In this document: one piece after another, positions 46,717 through 57,052 of the stretch
How positions within the stretch are numbered: the first letter of the stretch is position 1
Layout: the number at the start of each line of letters is the position of its first letter
Assembly: GCA_963704885.1 (NCBI GenBank)
Contig: CAVPIB010000007.1
Location: 1-64,000 of the forward strand
Source of the DNA: an uncultured Actinomycetes bacterium
GTDB lineage: Bacteria; Actinomycetota; UBA4738; HRBIN12
DNA length: 64,000 bases
Reading direction: 5' to 3'
Notes under the pieces: model-generated
What the model saw: the letters and a program-made list of their open reading frames with translations, nothing else
What the model was told of the DNA's origin: nothing
The model's database searches: none
Position numbers and translations under genes: made by a program

Positions 46717-48555
46717 TCAGCCCAAGACGTCGCGAACGCGTCGAGCGATAGCCTCGGCGTCGATCCCGGCCCATGTCCGGAGCTCAGTGGGCGTCCCCGA
46801 ACCAGGCATCCCGGTCACGCCGATCTTCTCCACGCGACCCGTCAGCGGACCGGTGGCAGCCAGCGCTTCCAGCACGGCGTCGCCGAGGCCGCCTTCGATC
46901 CGGTGATCCTCGACCGTAACGACAACACCCGTCTCCTCGAACGCTTGACGAAGGGTGGGCCCGTCGATGGGTTTGACCGAGTAGGCGTCGATCACGCGGA
47001 TCGCGATGCCCTCGGAGCCCAGGTGCTCCGCGGCCTGCAAACAGGTGAAGAGCGTGATCCCGGCTCCCACGAGGGTCGCGCGATCGCCCGCGCTCGACTT
47101 GAGCGTCTTCGATCCCCCGATCGGGAAGGACTCGTGATCGGGGTAGTGCACGGGGGTCGCCTCGCGCGTCGTTCGCAGGTACGAGATCCCATCCAGATCG
47201 CACATCTGCTCGACGAGCTTGATCGTGGCGTGCCCGTCGGCCGGGTACAGCACGGTGGAGCCCTCCAGCGCTCGCATCATCGCGATGTCCTCGACCGCCA
47301 TCTGCGACGGACCGTCCTCGCCGATGGAGACGCCGGCGTGCGATCCGCAGAGGCGGAGGTTGGCCCGGGAGATCGCCGCCATCCGCACGAAGTCGGCCGC
47401 CCGAGCCATGAACGCCCCGAAGGTGGCGCTGAACGCGGTCTTGCCGAGCGCCTGCATGCCGACCTGAGCGCCGACCATGCACTGCTCGGCGATGTACATC
47501 TGGAAGAACCGCTCGGGCGCGACCGCCAGGAAGTCTTCCGTATACGTGGAGTTCCCGACCTCGCCGTCCAGCACGACCAGATCGGGTCGGTGGCCCGCGA
47601 GCCAGGCCAGCGCATCGCCGAAGGCCTTGCGTGTGGCGACCGCCTCCGCGTAAACAGGCGCGGACGCCGGCGTGAGCGGCGCCACGAGGGCAGGCTTGAA
47701 CGCGAGCGGAGACGGAGGCGTGATCGAGACGGAGCGCTCGCCTCCAAGCTCCACGATCGCGGCGGCGGCTTGCTCCACGGAGAGCGCCTTCCCGTGCCAC
47801 CCATCCCTGTCCGCCATGAGGGAGACGCCGTGACCCTTCTCGGTCCGTGCCACGATCAAGACCGGTCCGTCGGATGCCTCGGCCGAGGTGTAGGCTTCGT
47901 CGATCGCCTCGACGTCGTGCCCGTCGATCTGCAAGGCGCGCCAACCGAAGGCTTCAGCTCTGGCGGCGTAGACGTCGCTGTGCCACTCCAGCATGGTGGG
48001 GCCGCGCTGACCGAGCCGATTCATGTCAACGATGGCGATCAGGTTGTCAACGCGGTGGAACGACGCGGCCGCCATGGCCTCCCACACCGAACCTTCCGCC
48101 ATCTCCGAGTCGCCGCACATGACCCAGACGCGACCCGGCCCGCCGTCCAGGCGCATGGCCAGCGCCATCCCGAGTCCGATTGGGAGCCCCTGGCCGAGCG
48201 ATCCGGTCGCCACGTCGACCCATGGCAGCTCGGGCAGAGGTGCTGGGTGACCTTGGATCGGGCTCTCGAACCGACGGAGCGACAGCAAGTCGTCGTCGTC
48301 TATGGCCCCGATCGCCTTGAGCACGGCGTAGAGCAACGGGGCGGCGTGTCCTTTGGAGAGAACGAACCGATCGTTCGCAGCGTCGTGCGGATCCTCCACG
48401 CTGGTCCGGAGGTGATCAGCGTAGAGAACGGCCGCGAGGTGAGCCGCGGACATGGATGACGTCGGGTGTCCCGAGCCCGCGGCTGTCGTGCACCGGATGC
48501 TGTCGATCGACAGCTGTGCCGCCAGCTCGTTCCACAGGTGCGTCCGGCCGTCCAT
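46717..48555 (-). CDS. tkt: transketolase
   Basis: SGHPTSS, FVLSKGHAAP, ATGSLGQG, GDSEMAEG, GEDGPSQM. Confidence 0.94.
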   Translation of the reverse strand: MDGRTHLWNELAAQLSIDSIRCTTAAGSGHPTSSMSAAHLAAVLYADHLRTSVEDPHDAANDRFVLSKGHAAPLLYAVLKAIGAIDDDDLLSLRRFESPIQGHPAPLPELPWVDVATGSLGQGLPIGLGMALAMRLDGGPGRVWVMCGDSEMAEGSVWEAMAAASFHRVDNLIAIVDMNRLGQRGPTMLEWHSDVYAARAEAFGWRALQIDGHDVEAIDEAYTSAEASDGPVLIVARTEKGHGVSLMADRDGWHGKALSVEQAAAAIVELGGERSVSITPPSPLAFKPALVAPLTPASAPVYAEAVATRKAFGDALAWLAGHRPDLVVLDGEVGNSTYTEDFLAVAPERFFQMYIAEQCMVGAQVGMQALGKTAFSATFGAFMARAADFVRMAAISRANLRLCGSHAGVSIGEDGPSQMAVEDIAMMRALEGSTVLYPADGHATIKLVEQMCDLDGISYLRTTREATPVHYPDHESFPIGGSKTLKSSAGDRATLVGAGITLFTCLQAAEHLGSEGIAIRVIDAYSVKPIDGPTLRQAFEETGVVVTVEDHRIEGGLGDAVLEALAATGPLTGRVEKIGVTGMPGSGTPTELRTWAGIDAEAIARRVRDVLG

Positions 48556-48646
48556 GCATCCCCCATCCGTAGTCGAAGCGACGCAAGGGTACCGCCCACC
48601 CACCCGAGGCGTGTCGGACGCCTGTGCGTTGTACCCTCGTGATGCG

Positions 48647-49846
48647 ATGGCTCCATCCTCCACCTCATTCCGTGACCTCGGCGTGTCCGATGCCGTCATC
48701 ACGACACTCGCGCAACGAGGCATCGACCGGCCTTTCCCGATCCAGATCATGGTGATCCAAGACGCCACGGCCGGGCGCGACACCCTGGCGAAGTCGCAGA
48801 CGGGCTCGGGCAAGACCCTCGGTTTCGCGATCCCGATCGTCGAGCAGCTGGATCCTGAGGCTGCCAAGCGACCCGAAGCGTTGATCCTGGTGCCCACGCG
48901 CGAGCTGGCTCAGCAGGTGAAGGACGATCTCACAGACATCGCCAGCGCGAAGGACCTGAAGACCAAGGTCGTCTACGGCGGCACCCGTGTGACCGATCAG
49001 TCGAAGGGGGTCCGCGAGGCGCACATCCTGATCGCCACGCCGGGGCGTCTGCAGGATCTTGCCGACCGAAAGCTCGTTCGATTGGACGCCGTGCGGATCT
49101 TCGTGCTGGATGAGGCCGATCGGATGCTCGACATGGGCTTCCAGCCCCAGGTGGATCGCATCGTTCGGCTCTTGCCGCGGGACCGACAGACCATGTTCTT
49201 CTCGGCCACGCTGGACGGTGCCGTCGGTCGGATCGCCGAGGTGTACACGCGCAACCCGGTTCGACACGAGATCGAGTCCGAAGGCAAGACCGTAGACGAG
49301 GCCGATCACCGGTTCGTCCCTGCCGGCGCGCACGAGAAGCTGGACAAGCTCGTCGAGCTGGTGGGTCAGGAGCAAGGACTAACGCTGGTATTCGTGAACA
49401 CGAAGCGCAAGGTGGACTCGCTCGCCCGTCAGCTCCGTGCCCAGGGTGTTCCGACGGTGACGATGCACGGTGACATGACACAGCAGGCACGCGAGAAGGC
49501 GCTGCAGCGGTTCGAGGACAAGCACGTCGGAGTGCTGGTTGCGACCGACGTCGCCGCTCGTGGTTTGGACCTGGATGACATCACCCTCGTCGTGAACTAC
49601 GACCCGCCGCTCGAAGACAAGGGCTACGTCCACCGCGTCGGGCGGACGGCACGGGCCGGCCGCACCGGCACGAGCGTCACGTTCGTCACCCCGGACCAAC
49701 AGGGCGACGTCAGTCGCATGGCGGCCCGCTTGGACCTGCATCAAGAGTTCGAACAGGAGGGGATGAAGGTGTCGCCCGCACGCGTGGTGTTCAGCGGGTC
49801 TTCACGGGGGCGCCGTTCAGGATTGCGAAAGCCGCGGCGCCGCTGA
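48647..49846 (+). CDS. DEAD-box RNA helicase
   Basis: Q motif FPIQ, TGSGKT, PTRELA, DEAD, SAT, HRVGRTAR. Confidence 0.96.
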   Translation: MAPSSTSFRDLGVSDAVITTLAQRGIDRPFPIQIMVIQDATAGRDTLAKSQTGSGKTLGFAIPIVEQLDPEAAKRPEALILVPTRELAQQVKDDLTDIASAKDLKTKVVYGGTRVTDQSKGVREAHILIATPGRLQDLADRKLVRLDAVRIFVLDEADRMLDMGFQPQVDRIVRLLPRDRQTMFFSATLDGAVGRIAEVYTRNPVRHEIESEGKTVDEADHRFVPAGAHEKLDKLVELVGQEQGLTLVFVNTKRKVDSLARQLRAQGVPTVTMHGDMTQQAREKALQRFEDKHVGVLVATDVAARGLDLDDITLVVNYDPPLEDKGYVHRVGRTARAGRTGTSVTFVTPDQQGDVSRMAARLDLHQEFEQEGMKVSPARVVFSGSSRGRRSGLRKPRRR

Positions 49847-49852
49847 CCCCGT

Positions 49853-52087
49853 TCAGGCCGAGTGTTCGACGACCGAAAGCGAGGCGCGTCGGTGCAGAGC
49901 CATGATCTCGCCGGCCGGTACGGGGCGGGAGAAGTAGTAGCCCTGACCCATCGGGCAGCCACGGTCGGCGAGGAACCGCCACTCTCCTTCGGTCTCGATC
50001 CCTTCCGCGAGCGCGATCATCCCCAGGTTCTGGGCGAGCGCGATCATGGCCGACACCATGCTCGCTGCGTCTCGGTCGGTGTCCACATCGCGGACGAACG
50101 ACCGGTCGATCTTCAAGACGTCGACCGGCATGTGCTTCAGTCGTGCGAGCGATGAGTACCCGGTCCCGAAATCGTCGATCGCCAGCCGGAGCCCTCGTTC
50201 GTGCATGTCCTGCAAGATTCGCTGGATCCGGTCCGGATCCGTCATCGCGGTGGACTCGGTGATCTCGACCGTGAGTCGGGTCGGATCCATCCCAACCGAC
50301 TCGATGCGGGACATGATCTTGTCCACCACGTCGGGCTGCCAAAGCTGGCGCGGTGACAGGTTGAAGCTGATATCGAGCGAGAGGCCATCGGTCCGCCATG
50401 AGGTGTCCTGGCGGCTGAGCTCCTCGACCACCCAATCTCCGATGGCTTCTATGAGGCCCATCTCCTCCGCCAGCGGGATGAACTCACCGGGCGGTACCAA
50501 ACCGCCCCCCGGTTCGGGCCACCGGATCAGAGCCTCAACGCCAACCATCGAGGCCGTCGACAGGTCGATCAGAGGTTGATAGTGGAGCACCCAGCTCTGG
50601 TTCTCCACGGCCCTCCGAAGGCGGGTGCTGAGGGCCAGCTTGCTCATAGGGTCTACGTCGCCTCCTCCGTGCAGCACGTAGCCGCCGGGGTGCGACCGCT
50701 TGCTCCGGAACATGGCGGAATCCGCGTGCTTCAAGAGGGTCTCGGCGTTGTCCCCGTGGTTCGGGAAGAGGCTGATCCCCAGGCTGGCGGTCACGTAAAG
50801 CTCTGTTCCCGCTATCTCGAACGGCCGCCGGAGTGCCGACTGGACCCGTCCGGCGACCGACTCGGCCACGAGCGAGACCCCGTCGCCGCCCGGCAACGAG
50901 GTGGTGCGCTCCAGATCCGACAGGAGCATCAGGAACTCGTCGCCGCCGGGGCGCGCCACCAGGTCGGTCTCCCGTGTTGCTTCCCGCAGGCGCTCGGCCA
51001 GCTTCACGATCAGATCGTCGCCGGCCTCGTGACCCAGGCTGTCGTTGACCAACTTGAAGTTGTCGACGTCGACCGATATCACGGCCACCCCCAGCTCATA
51101 CCTACGCGCCCGGGCGAGCGACAGCCCGAGCAACTCGTCGAACAGGACGCGGTTCGGCAGGGCGGTGAGCTTGTCGTGATACGCCAGGAAGGCGATCTGC
51201 TCCTCTGCTTCCTTGGACTCCGTTATGTCCAGCATCACCCCTTGGACGTGAGTGGGGATCCCGAGTGGGTCGTGGATCACCACGGCGCTGTCTCGGAACC
51301 AGACCACGCGTCCGTCACGCGCGATCAAGCGGTACTCGTAGGTGAACGGCTCACCGCTCTCGCGGCCACTGAGGTACGTGGCGATCGCGTTGTCGCGATC
51401 CTCGGGGTGGAGATGCCTGGCCCACAGCTCGGCGTCGTCCAGATACTCCTGCGGGGTGATGCCGAGGAGTTCATGGATCTGCGGGCTCACATAGCTAGTG
51501 GTCATTCGTTCGTCGGCGACGTCCACGTACACGATCGCGGGGATCTGCTCGACGAGGCTGCCGTACTTCGCTTCCGCTTCCTCCAGCCGACGCTCTGTCC
51601 GGACGGAGTCGGATACGTCGACCATGAGACCGAGCCAGAACCGCGGGCGTCCCAGGTCGTCGCATACCAGGACGGCGTCCTCGCGGACCCAGACCTCGCG
51701 TCCATCGCGGTGCAAGGCGCGGTACTGCTCGTGGAAGGGCTCTCCCGTCGCCACCGAGCGGTCGCTCGATTCCACGACGCGATCCAGGTCGTCGGGATGG
51801 ACGAGTTTTCGCCATGGTTCGACGGGCGCGAGCCACTCCTCGCGCGTTACCCCGAACAGATCCAGGACGCCCGGGCCCACGTCGACCATGCCGGCTCCCT
51901 CGCTAACGCTGTCGATGTAGATCACAGCCGGCAGCCTGTCGATCAACCCGCGGTAGCGCCCTTCCAGCTCGCCGTATCGGCGCATGAGGGAGGTTGCGTC
52001 ATCAGGCAACCCAGGTGAGTCATCGAGGAAGAATCCCTCCTGGGCGGTCAGCGCGTCAGTGATCCCTGGATCGAGGTCGTCAAGCAT
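49853..52087 (-). CDS. PAS-PAS-GGDEF-EAL c-di-GMP turnover protein
   Basis: HDKLTALPNR, GGDEF, EALIRW, IDDFGTGYSSL, QGYYFSRP. Start uncertain. Confidence 0.94.
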   Translation of the reverse strand: MLDDLDPGITDALTAQEGFFLDDSPGLPDDATSLMRRYGELEGRYRGLIDRLPAVIYIDSVSEGAGMVDVGPGVLDLFGVTREEWLAPVEPWRKLVHPDDLDRVVESSDRSVATGEPFHEQYRALHRDGREVWVREDAVLVCDDLGRPRFWLGLMVDVSDSVRTERRLEEAEAKYGSLVEQIPAIVYVDVADERMTTSYVSPQIHELLGITPQEYLDDAELWARHLHPEDRDNAIATYLSGRESGEPFTYEYRLIARDGRVVWFRDSAVVIHDPLGIPTHVQGVMLDITESKEAEEQIAFLAYHDKLTALPNRVLFDELLGLSLARARRYELGVAVISVDVDNFKLVNDSLGHEAGDDLIVKLAERLREATRETDLVARPGGDEFLMLLSDLERTTSLPGGDGVSLVAESVAGRVQSALRRPFEIAGTELYVTASLGISLFPNHGDNAETLLKHADSAMFRSKRSHPGGYVLHGGGDVDPMSKLALSTRLRRAVENQSWVLHYQPLIDLSTASMVGVEALIRWPEPGGGLVPPGEFIPLAEEMGLIEAIGDWVVEELSRQDTSWRTDGLSLDISFNLSPRQLWQPDVVDKIMSRIESVGMDPTRLTVEITESTAMTDPDRIQRILQDMHERGLRLAIDDFGTGYSSLARLKHMPVDVLKIDRSFVRDVDTDRDAASMVSAMIALAQNLGMIALAEGIETEGEWRFLADRGCPMGQGYYFSRPVPAGEIMALHRRASLSVVEHSA

Positions 52088-52125
52088 GCTCGTGGCTACC
52101 TTCTTCGAGGTAGTTCTGCCACCAG

Positions 52126-52153
52126 TCATCGGCCTGACGGCCACAAGGCTTGA
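52126..52153 (-). promoter_or_regulatory. sigma28/WhiG-like promoter (GGDEF-EAL gene 2)
   Basis: TCAAG-N15-GCCGATGA. Confidence 0.65.
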
Positions 52154-52182
52154 ACGAGAAACCGGTTGCCTCGAAGGGACCT

Positions 52183-53055
52183 TCAGCAGCCAGTTTCGTC
52201 TGGCAGGAGCGGCCGCAGCAGGAGCCCATACCGGGAGCCGTCACTGACCCACGGGGTCAGCTGGTTCGCCTGCTTCACGAGCGGCAGTAGCGCGGCGGCG
52301 TCGTCATCCGTCACGGCGCCACACCGCATCCCCTCCGGCCCGTTCTGCAAGGGGTCGCCGAACGTGAGGAGCCCCGGCGTGAGTGGCCAGTCGATCGGCG
52401 GCTGGACGAGCGTGTCGTCCGGACGATAATCGCCGACGAACACCCGCAACCCGGAGGGCTCGAACATGCCCTCGTCCGCGACCGTGCCCTCGGGCAGCCA
52501 GCTCAGGTCCGTCGCCTGGTTCTGGAACGCCAGGAGATCCTGCCTGGCTTGGAACTCGTCAGGGCTCATGCCATCCGGCTGGGTGTCGAGCAGGCCGAGC
52601 GCGTAAACCTGAGTCGTGTGCACCTGACCGTCGATGGTGAGCGTGAACGTAGTGGTCGGCGCGTCGGCGATCCCGACGCTGCCGAGATCGGAGTAGTCCC
52701 GGTCGACGTCGAGCCCCGCCTCTACCGCCTCCTGCAGCAGCAGCTCGATAGCCTCGGGTGTGAGCTGCGACTGCGACAGAGCCGGGAGCGCGGGACCGGG
52801 GTAGATCTCGATCTGCGCACCCGGCACGACCACGAGTCCGTTGCCGAAGAGCGAGAACATCGGCATATTCGTGAGGTTCCACTCGATGGGCACGAAGCCC
52901 CCACCCTGTTCGATGCGCAGGACCACCTGGGTCGCGCCCGTGTGATAGGAGATGCTGCCCCCGTCACCCGCTCCGTCGTCCGTAGGGGCGTTCGCGCATG
53001 CACTGCCGAGTATCCCGACGGACAGCACCACTGTGCCGATGAGTCTGGACCGCAT
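52183..53055 (-). CDS. hypothetical lipoprotein
   Basis: Lipobox LGSAC, IYPGPALP, IADAPTT, C-terminal RPLLPDETGC; RBS AGGAGG. Confidence 0.85.
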   Translation of the reverse strand: MRSRLIGTVVLSVGILGSACANAPTDDGAGDGGSISYHTGATQVVLRIEQGGGFVPIEWNLTNMPMFSLFGNGLVVVPGAQIEIYPGPALPALSQSQLTPEAIELLLQEAVEAGLDVDRDYSDLGSVGIADAPTTTFTLTIDGQVHTTQVYALGLLDTQPDGMSPDEFQARQDLLAFQNQATDLSWLPEGTVADEGMFEPSGLRVFVGDYRPDDTLVQPPIDWPLTPGLLTFGDPLQNGPEGMRCGAVTDDDAAALLPLVKQANQLTPWVSDGSRYGLLLRPLLPDETGC

Positions 53056-53088
53056 CGTCCGTTCCTCCTAGTTCCGGGTTCGAGCTTG

Positions 53089-53114
53089 GACGCACCCAGC
53101 CTCGATCGGGTTCC
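53089..53114 (-). promoter_or_regulatory. ECF-sigma-type promoter of the lipoprotein gene
   Basis: GGAAC-N17-CGTC. Confidence 0.5.
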
Positions 53115-53138
53115 CGCCGGTCACGATAGGCTCCGGCC

Positions 53139-54200
53139 ATGTCCGGGACCATGCGCGCGCTGCGCAAGATCGCCCCCGGCCCCGGTGCGGAGCTGGTGGA
53201 GCTACCCATCCCTGTTCCCGGTGAAGGCGAGGTGCTCGTTCGCGTGCACGCGGCCTCGATCTGCGGCACAGATCTACACATCTACGACTGGAACGAGTGG
53301 GCCGAGAAGCGGATCGGTCGTCTCCCCATGACGTTCGGCCACGAGGTCGCCGGGACGATCGAAGCTGTCGGAGCAGAGGTGCATCACCTGGAGCCGGGAG
53401 CGTTCGTGGCGGCGGAAACGCACATCGCCTGTGGGCAGTGCTCGACCTGTCGGACAGGCCGCGCACACATCTGCGAGAACCTGCGGATCCTGGGCGTCGA
53501 CACGGAGGGAGCGTTCGCCGACCACGTTCTGCTTCCTGCGGGGAACGCTTGGGTGGTGGGTGAGGGGATCCATCCCGACGTTGCCTCGATCATGGAGCCA
53601 TTCGGCAACGGCGTGCACGCCGCGTTCGGCACGGGCGGAGGTGAGGACATCGCCACCAACGCCGTTGCCGTGATCGGCTGCGGGCCGATCGGGCTGTTCG
53701 CGGTGGGGATCACGCGATCGCTAGGGGCATGGAAGGTCATCGCGATCGAGCCCAACGCTTATCGGCTGGAGATGGCATCGGCGATGGGTGCAGACCTGCT
53801 CGTCGATCCCGGTACCACGGATCCGGTGGCTGCGGTCATGGAGGCGACGAACGGCGGCGGCGCCGAAGTGGTGCTCGAGATGAGTGGCAACGCCAAGGCG
53901 ATAGATCAAGGAACGCGCATGCTCGCTCGGGGCGGCCGCCTATCTCTGCTGGGGCTGCCAGATGGACCTGTCACGCTCGATCTGAACGATCAGGTCATCT
54001 TCAAAGAGGCACGGCTCCAAGGCATCACGGGTCGAGAGATGTTCCGCACCTGGCAGCAGACCACCACGCTCCTTTCCACCGGGCGGGTCGATGTCGCGCC
54101 CGTCATCACACATCGCTTCGGACTGGAGCGGTTCGAAGAGGCATTCGCGGCCACCGCCTCGGGACGATCGGGGAAGGTCATCCTTCTCCCGGAAGGGTAG
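53139..54200 (+). CDS. tdh: L-threonine 3-dehydrogenase
   Basis: ICGTDLHIY, GHE, CGQCSTC..C, EPFGN, GCGPIG, GITGR, SGKVIL; adjacent to kbl. Confidence 0.93.
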   Translation: MSGTMRALRKIAPGPGAELVELPIPVPGEGEVLVRVHAASICGTDLHIYDWNEWAEKRIGRLPMTFGHEVAGTIEAVGAEVHHLEPGAFVAAETHIACGQCSTCRTGRAHICENLRILGVDTEGAFADHVLLPAGNAWVVGEGIHPDVASIMEPFGNGVHAAFGTGGGEDIATNAVAVIGCGPIGLFAVGITRSLGAWKVIAIEPNAYRLEMASAMGADLLVDPGTTDPVAAVMEATNGGGAEVVLEMSGNAKAIDQGTRMLARGGRLSLLGLPDGPVTLDLNDQVIFKEARLQGITGREMFRTWQQTTTLLSTGRVDVAPVITHRFGLERFEEAFAATASGRSGKVILLPEG

Positions 54201-54204
54201 AGCT

Positions 54205-55383
54205 ATGGGAGCACTTGACTACCTGAAGGACGAACTGCAGCATCTGAAGGAACAGGGCCTGCTGCTGCATCCGCGAACGTTGCAGGGTGCGACCGGCGCT
54301 CACGCGAGGTTCGATGGCCGTGACGTGATCAACCTGGCCTCTAACAACTACCTAGGTCTAGCGAACCACCCTCGGCTGAACGAAGCAGCCGCCTCCGCAG
54401 CCCGGGAGTTCGGCGCCGGGACCGGCGCCGTTCGCACGATCGCAGGCACCATGACCATGCACCGAGAGCTGGAGCAGCGGTTCGCAGCATTCAAGCATGC
54501 CGAGACGGCGCTGATGTTCCAGTCTGGATTCACGTCCAACGCCGGGACCGTGGCCGCGATCCTTTCGAAGGACGACGTGATCGTGTCGGATCAGCTGAAC
54601 CATGCGTCGATCATCGATGGCGCCCGGCTCTCACGAGCCGAGATCAAGGTGTTCCCGCACAAGGACGTCGAGGCCGCCGACTCGTTGCTCGCCGAGACCG
54701 CCCGGCCCGGGCGTCGGCAGCTGCTGATCACCGACGGGGTCTTCAGCATGGACGGTGACATCGCCCCGTTGCCGGCCCTGGTCGAGGTCGCGGAGGGGCG
54801 CGGAGCGATCATGATGGTGGACGACGCGCACGCCTCCGGCGTGCTGGGTTCCGGTGGCGCCGGGACGGTGGACCATTTCGATCTCCACGGACGCGTCGAC
54901 ATCCAGGTCGGAACGCTGTCCAAGGCGATCGGCGTTTTGGGTGGGTTCATCGCCGGTCCTCGGCACCTGATCGAGTGGTTGGAGAACCGTGGCCGCCCGT
55001 TCCTCTTCTCGACCAGCGCCCCTCCGGCGGTCGTGGCGGCTTGCTTGGCTGCTCTGGACGTGATCCACGACGAACCCGAACGGCTGGAACGGTTGTGGTC
55101 GAACACCGAGCTGTTCAAGGAAGGGCTGCACGCGCTCGGTTTCGATACCGGTGGCTCCGAGACCCCGATCACTCCCGTCATCATCGGCGACGAACAGCAG
55201 ACGCAGGAGTTCGCGCGTCAGTCGTTCGAGGCCGGTGTGTTCTGTCCCGCGATCGTCTTCCCCACGGTGGGCCGTGGAGCGGCGCGCGTACGGACGATCG
55301 TCACCGCCGATCACACGCAAAGCGATCTGACCCAAGCTCTCGACGTCTTCGATCGTGTCGGCCGTCAGCTGGGGATCCGCTGA
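54205..55383 (+). CDS. kbl: glycine C-acetyltransferase (2-amino-3-ketobutyrate CoA ligase)
   Basis: SNNYLGL, NHASIIDG, DGVFSMDG, DDAH, GTLSKA. Confidence 0.9.
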   Translation: MGALDYLKDELQHLKEQGLLLHPRTLQGATGAHARFDGRDVINLASNNYLGLANHPRLNEAAASAAREFGAGTGAVRTIAGTMTMHRELEQRFAAFKHAETALMFQSGFTSNAGTVAAILSKDDVIVSDQLNHASIIDGARLSRAEIKVFPHKDVEAADSLLAETARPGRRQLLITDGVFSMDGDIAPLPALVEVAEGRGAIMMVDDAHASGVLGSGGAGTVDHFDLHGRVDIQVGTLSKAIGVLGGFIAGPRHLIEWLENRGRPFLFSTSAPPAVVAACLAALDVIHDEPERLERLWSNTELFKEGLHALGFDTGGSETPITPVIIGDEQQTQEFARQSFEAGVFCPAIVFPTVGRGAARVRTIVTADHTQSDLTQALDVFDRVGRQLGIR

Positions 55384-55457
55384 CAGGGGTAGATGAGCCT
55401 CTAGTCGGTCTCGTCTCCCAGCATCGAGCCGTCGAGACCTTCGGTAGGGTGGCGATC

Positions 55458-56366
55458 GTGGGAGAACGGGAAGCCCTCCGCGATCGACTGGGCCAGTTCG
55501 GCGTGTGGACCTTCGCCTTCGACTCTCAGGCCGCCGCCGACGTTCGGCGCAACGCGCTCGAGATCGAGTCGATGGGCTTCCGGGCGCTCTGGGTTCCTGA
55601 GGGCTTGTCATCCCGAGATGTGTTCGCGCACCTGGCCTTGCTGCTTTCGGCTACCGATCGACTGACGATCTGCTCGGGGATCGCGAACGTGACCGCCCGT
55701 GATCCATGGGTGATGGCTTCCGGCGCGGGCACGCTCGCCGACGCGTGGCGGGACCGCGTGGTGCTGGGTCTGGGCATCGGACACCCGTACACGACGGAGT
55801 CGCGAGGGCAGACTTGGGCCAGGCCGCTCGAGCGGATGACCTCTTACCTGGACGCCATGGACGGTGCTCCGTCGAACGGACCTCCGCCGGATCCGCCTGT
55901 CCGACGTCTGATCGCCGCGCTCGGCCCGAAGATGCTCGCGCTTTCGGCCGAGCGAGCGCTCGGCGCTCACACCTACTTCGCGCCCGTCGAGCACACGGCC
56001 GCGGCTCGGGCGACGCTCGGCCCGGACCCGGTGCTGGCCGTCGAACAGACGGTCGTCCTTTCGGTCGATCCGGGCGCCGCTCGACACATCGCGCGCGACT
56101 GGGCGCGTCATTACCTGGAACTAGCGAACTACGCGAACAACCTTCGCCGGATGGGCTTCTCCGAAGACGATCTAGCCGACGGAGGGAGCGACCGACTGAT
56201 CGACGCGACGATCTCCTGGGGAGACGTGGATGCGGTGAAGGGAAGGGTTGAGGAGCACCTGCAGGCGGGAGCCGACCATGTGTGCGTGCAAGTCATCTCG
56301 GGCGACGACTCTGACGCCTGCGTTCCGCAGCTGCGGGATCTGGCGTCTGCGCTGCTCACCGGCTAG
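55458..56366 (+). CDS. LLM-class (F420-dependent, TIGR03620-like) oxidoreductase
   Basis: ALWVPE, SGIANV, LGLGIGH, AALGPKML, GAHTY, AGADHVCVQ. Confidence 0.88.
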   Translation: MGEREALRDRLGQFGVWTFAFDSQAAADVRRNALEIESMGFRALWVPEGLSSRDVFAHLALLLSATDRLTICSGIANVTARDPWVMASGAGTLADAWRDRVVLGLGIGHPYTTESRGQTWARPLERMTSYLDAMDGAPSNGPPPDPPVRRLIAALGPKMLALSAERALGAHTYFAPVEHTAAARATLGPDPVLAVEQTVVLSVDPGAARHIARDWARHYLELANYANNLRRMGFSEDDLADGGSDRLIDATISWGDVDAVKGRVEEHLQAGADHVCVQVISGDDSDACVPQLRDLASALLTG

Positions 56367-57052
56367 GAGCGGTCGCGCAGACGCGTGAGGACCGCCTCGC
56401 TCTGGAGCTCGCGGAGTGCGTCGCGGCCGATCCACCGAGCGCTCCGTGAGTCGAGCTCGAGGAGGCGCCGGGTCTCCGCAACGGCGGCCGCGTTCAACGC
56501 CAGACTGCGCTTGCCGATGTTCCTCAGCGCCCAGCTCACTGACTTCTTCACGTAGTTCCGTTCATCGATCGCCCCTCGCCGGATCACGGGGAACCATGAC
56601 GCGAACACGTCATCCGGTGACGTCCGGTCGTGTACCGCCCACCCCGCGATCATGGCGAACCCGGCACGCTTGACGAACGCCTCCTCCCTGCGCACCCACG
56701 ACCTCGCCATCCTCGGCCCCGACGGGCATCTCTCGAAGAGGTTGCCGCACACCTGGTCGCAGACGTCCCAGGAGTCGAGGTCAGCGACCCATCGCTCCAT
56801 CTGCTCGTCGGTGACGAGCGCGGTGTCATCCACCATCGACGCGAGGATGCGTGCCTCGCCGATGCCGGTCTCCCAAAGACCGAGAGCGAGTTCGTGATCC
56901 GGGCGGTGGCGCCGCGCCAGGGTACGCAGGTTCGGGAGGGAGACGCCGATCGCTCGCTCGACGTTGATGCCCACCCGTGCCATCCCCGGTAGGCGGCTGG
57001 GGTCGGCGAGAGTACGCAGCTGATCGATCACCTCGCTGGTCTTCGCGTTCAA
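56363..57052 (-). CDS. DNA alkylation repair protein (AlkD-like)
   Basis: GVSLPNLR, LWETG..EARILA, DSWDVCD, YVKKSVSWALRNIGKR; TTG start inferred. Confidence 0.88.
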   Translation of the reverse strand: MNAKTSEVIDQLRTLADPSRLPGMARVGINVERAIGVSLPNLRTLARRHRPDHELALGLWETGIGEARILASMVDDTALVTDEQMERWVADLDSWDVCDQVCGNLFERCPSGPRMARSWVRREEAFVKRAGFAMIAGWAVHDRTSPDDVFASWFPVIRRGAIDERNYVKKSVSWALRNIGKRSLALNAAAVAETRRLLELDSRSARWIGRDALRELQSEAVLTRLRDRS

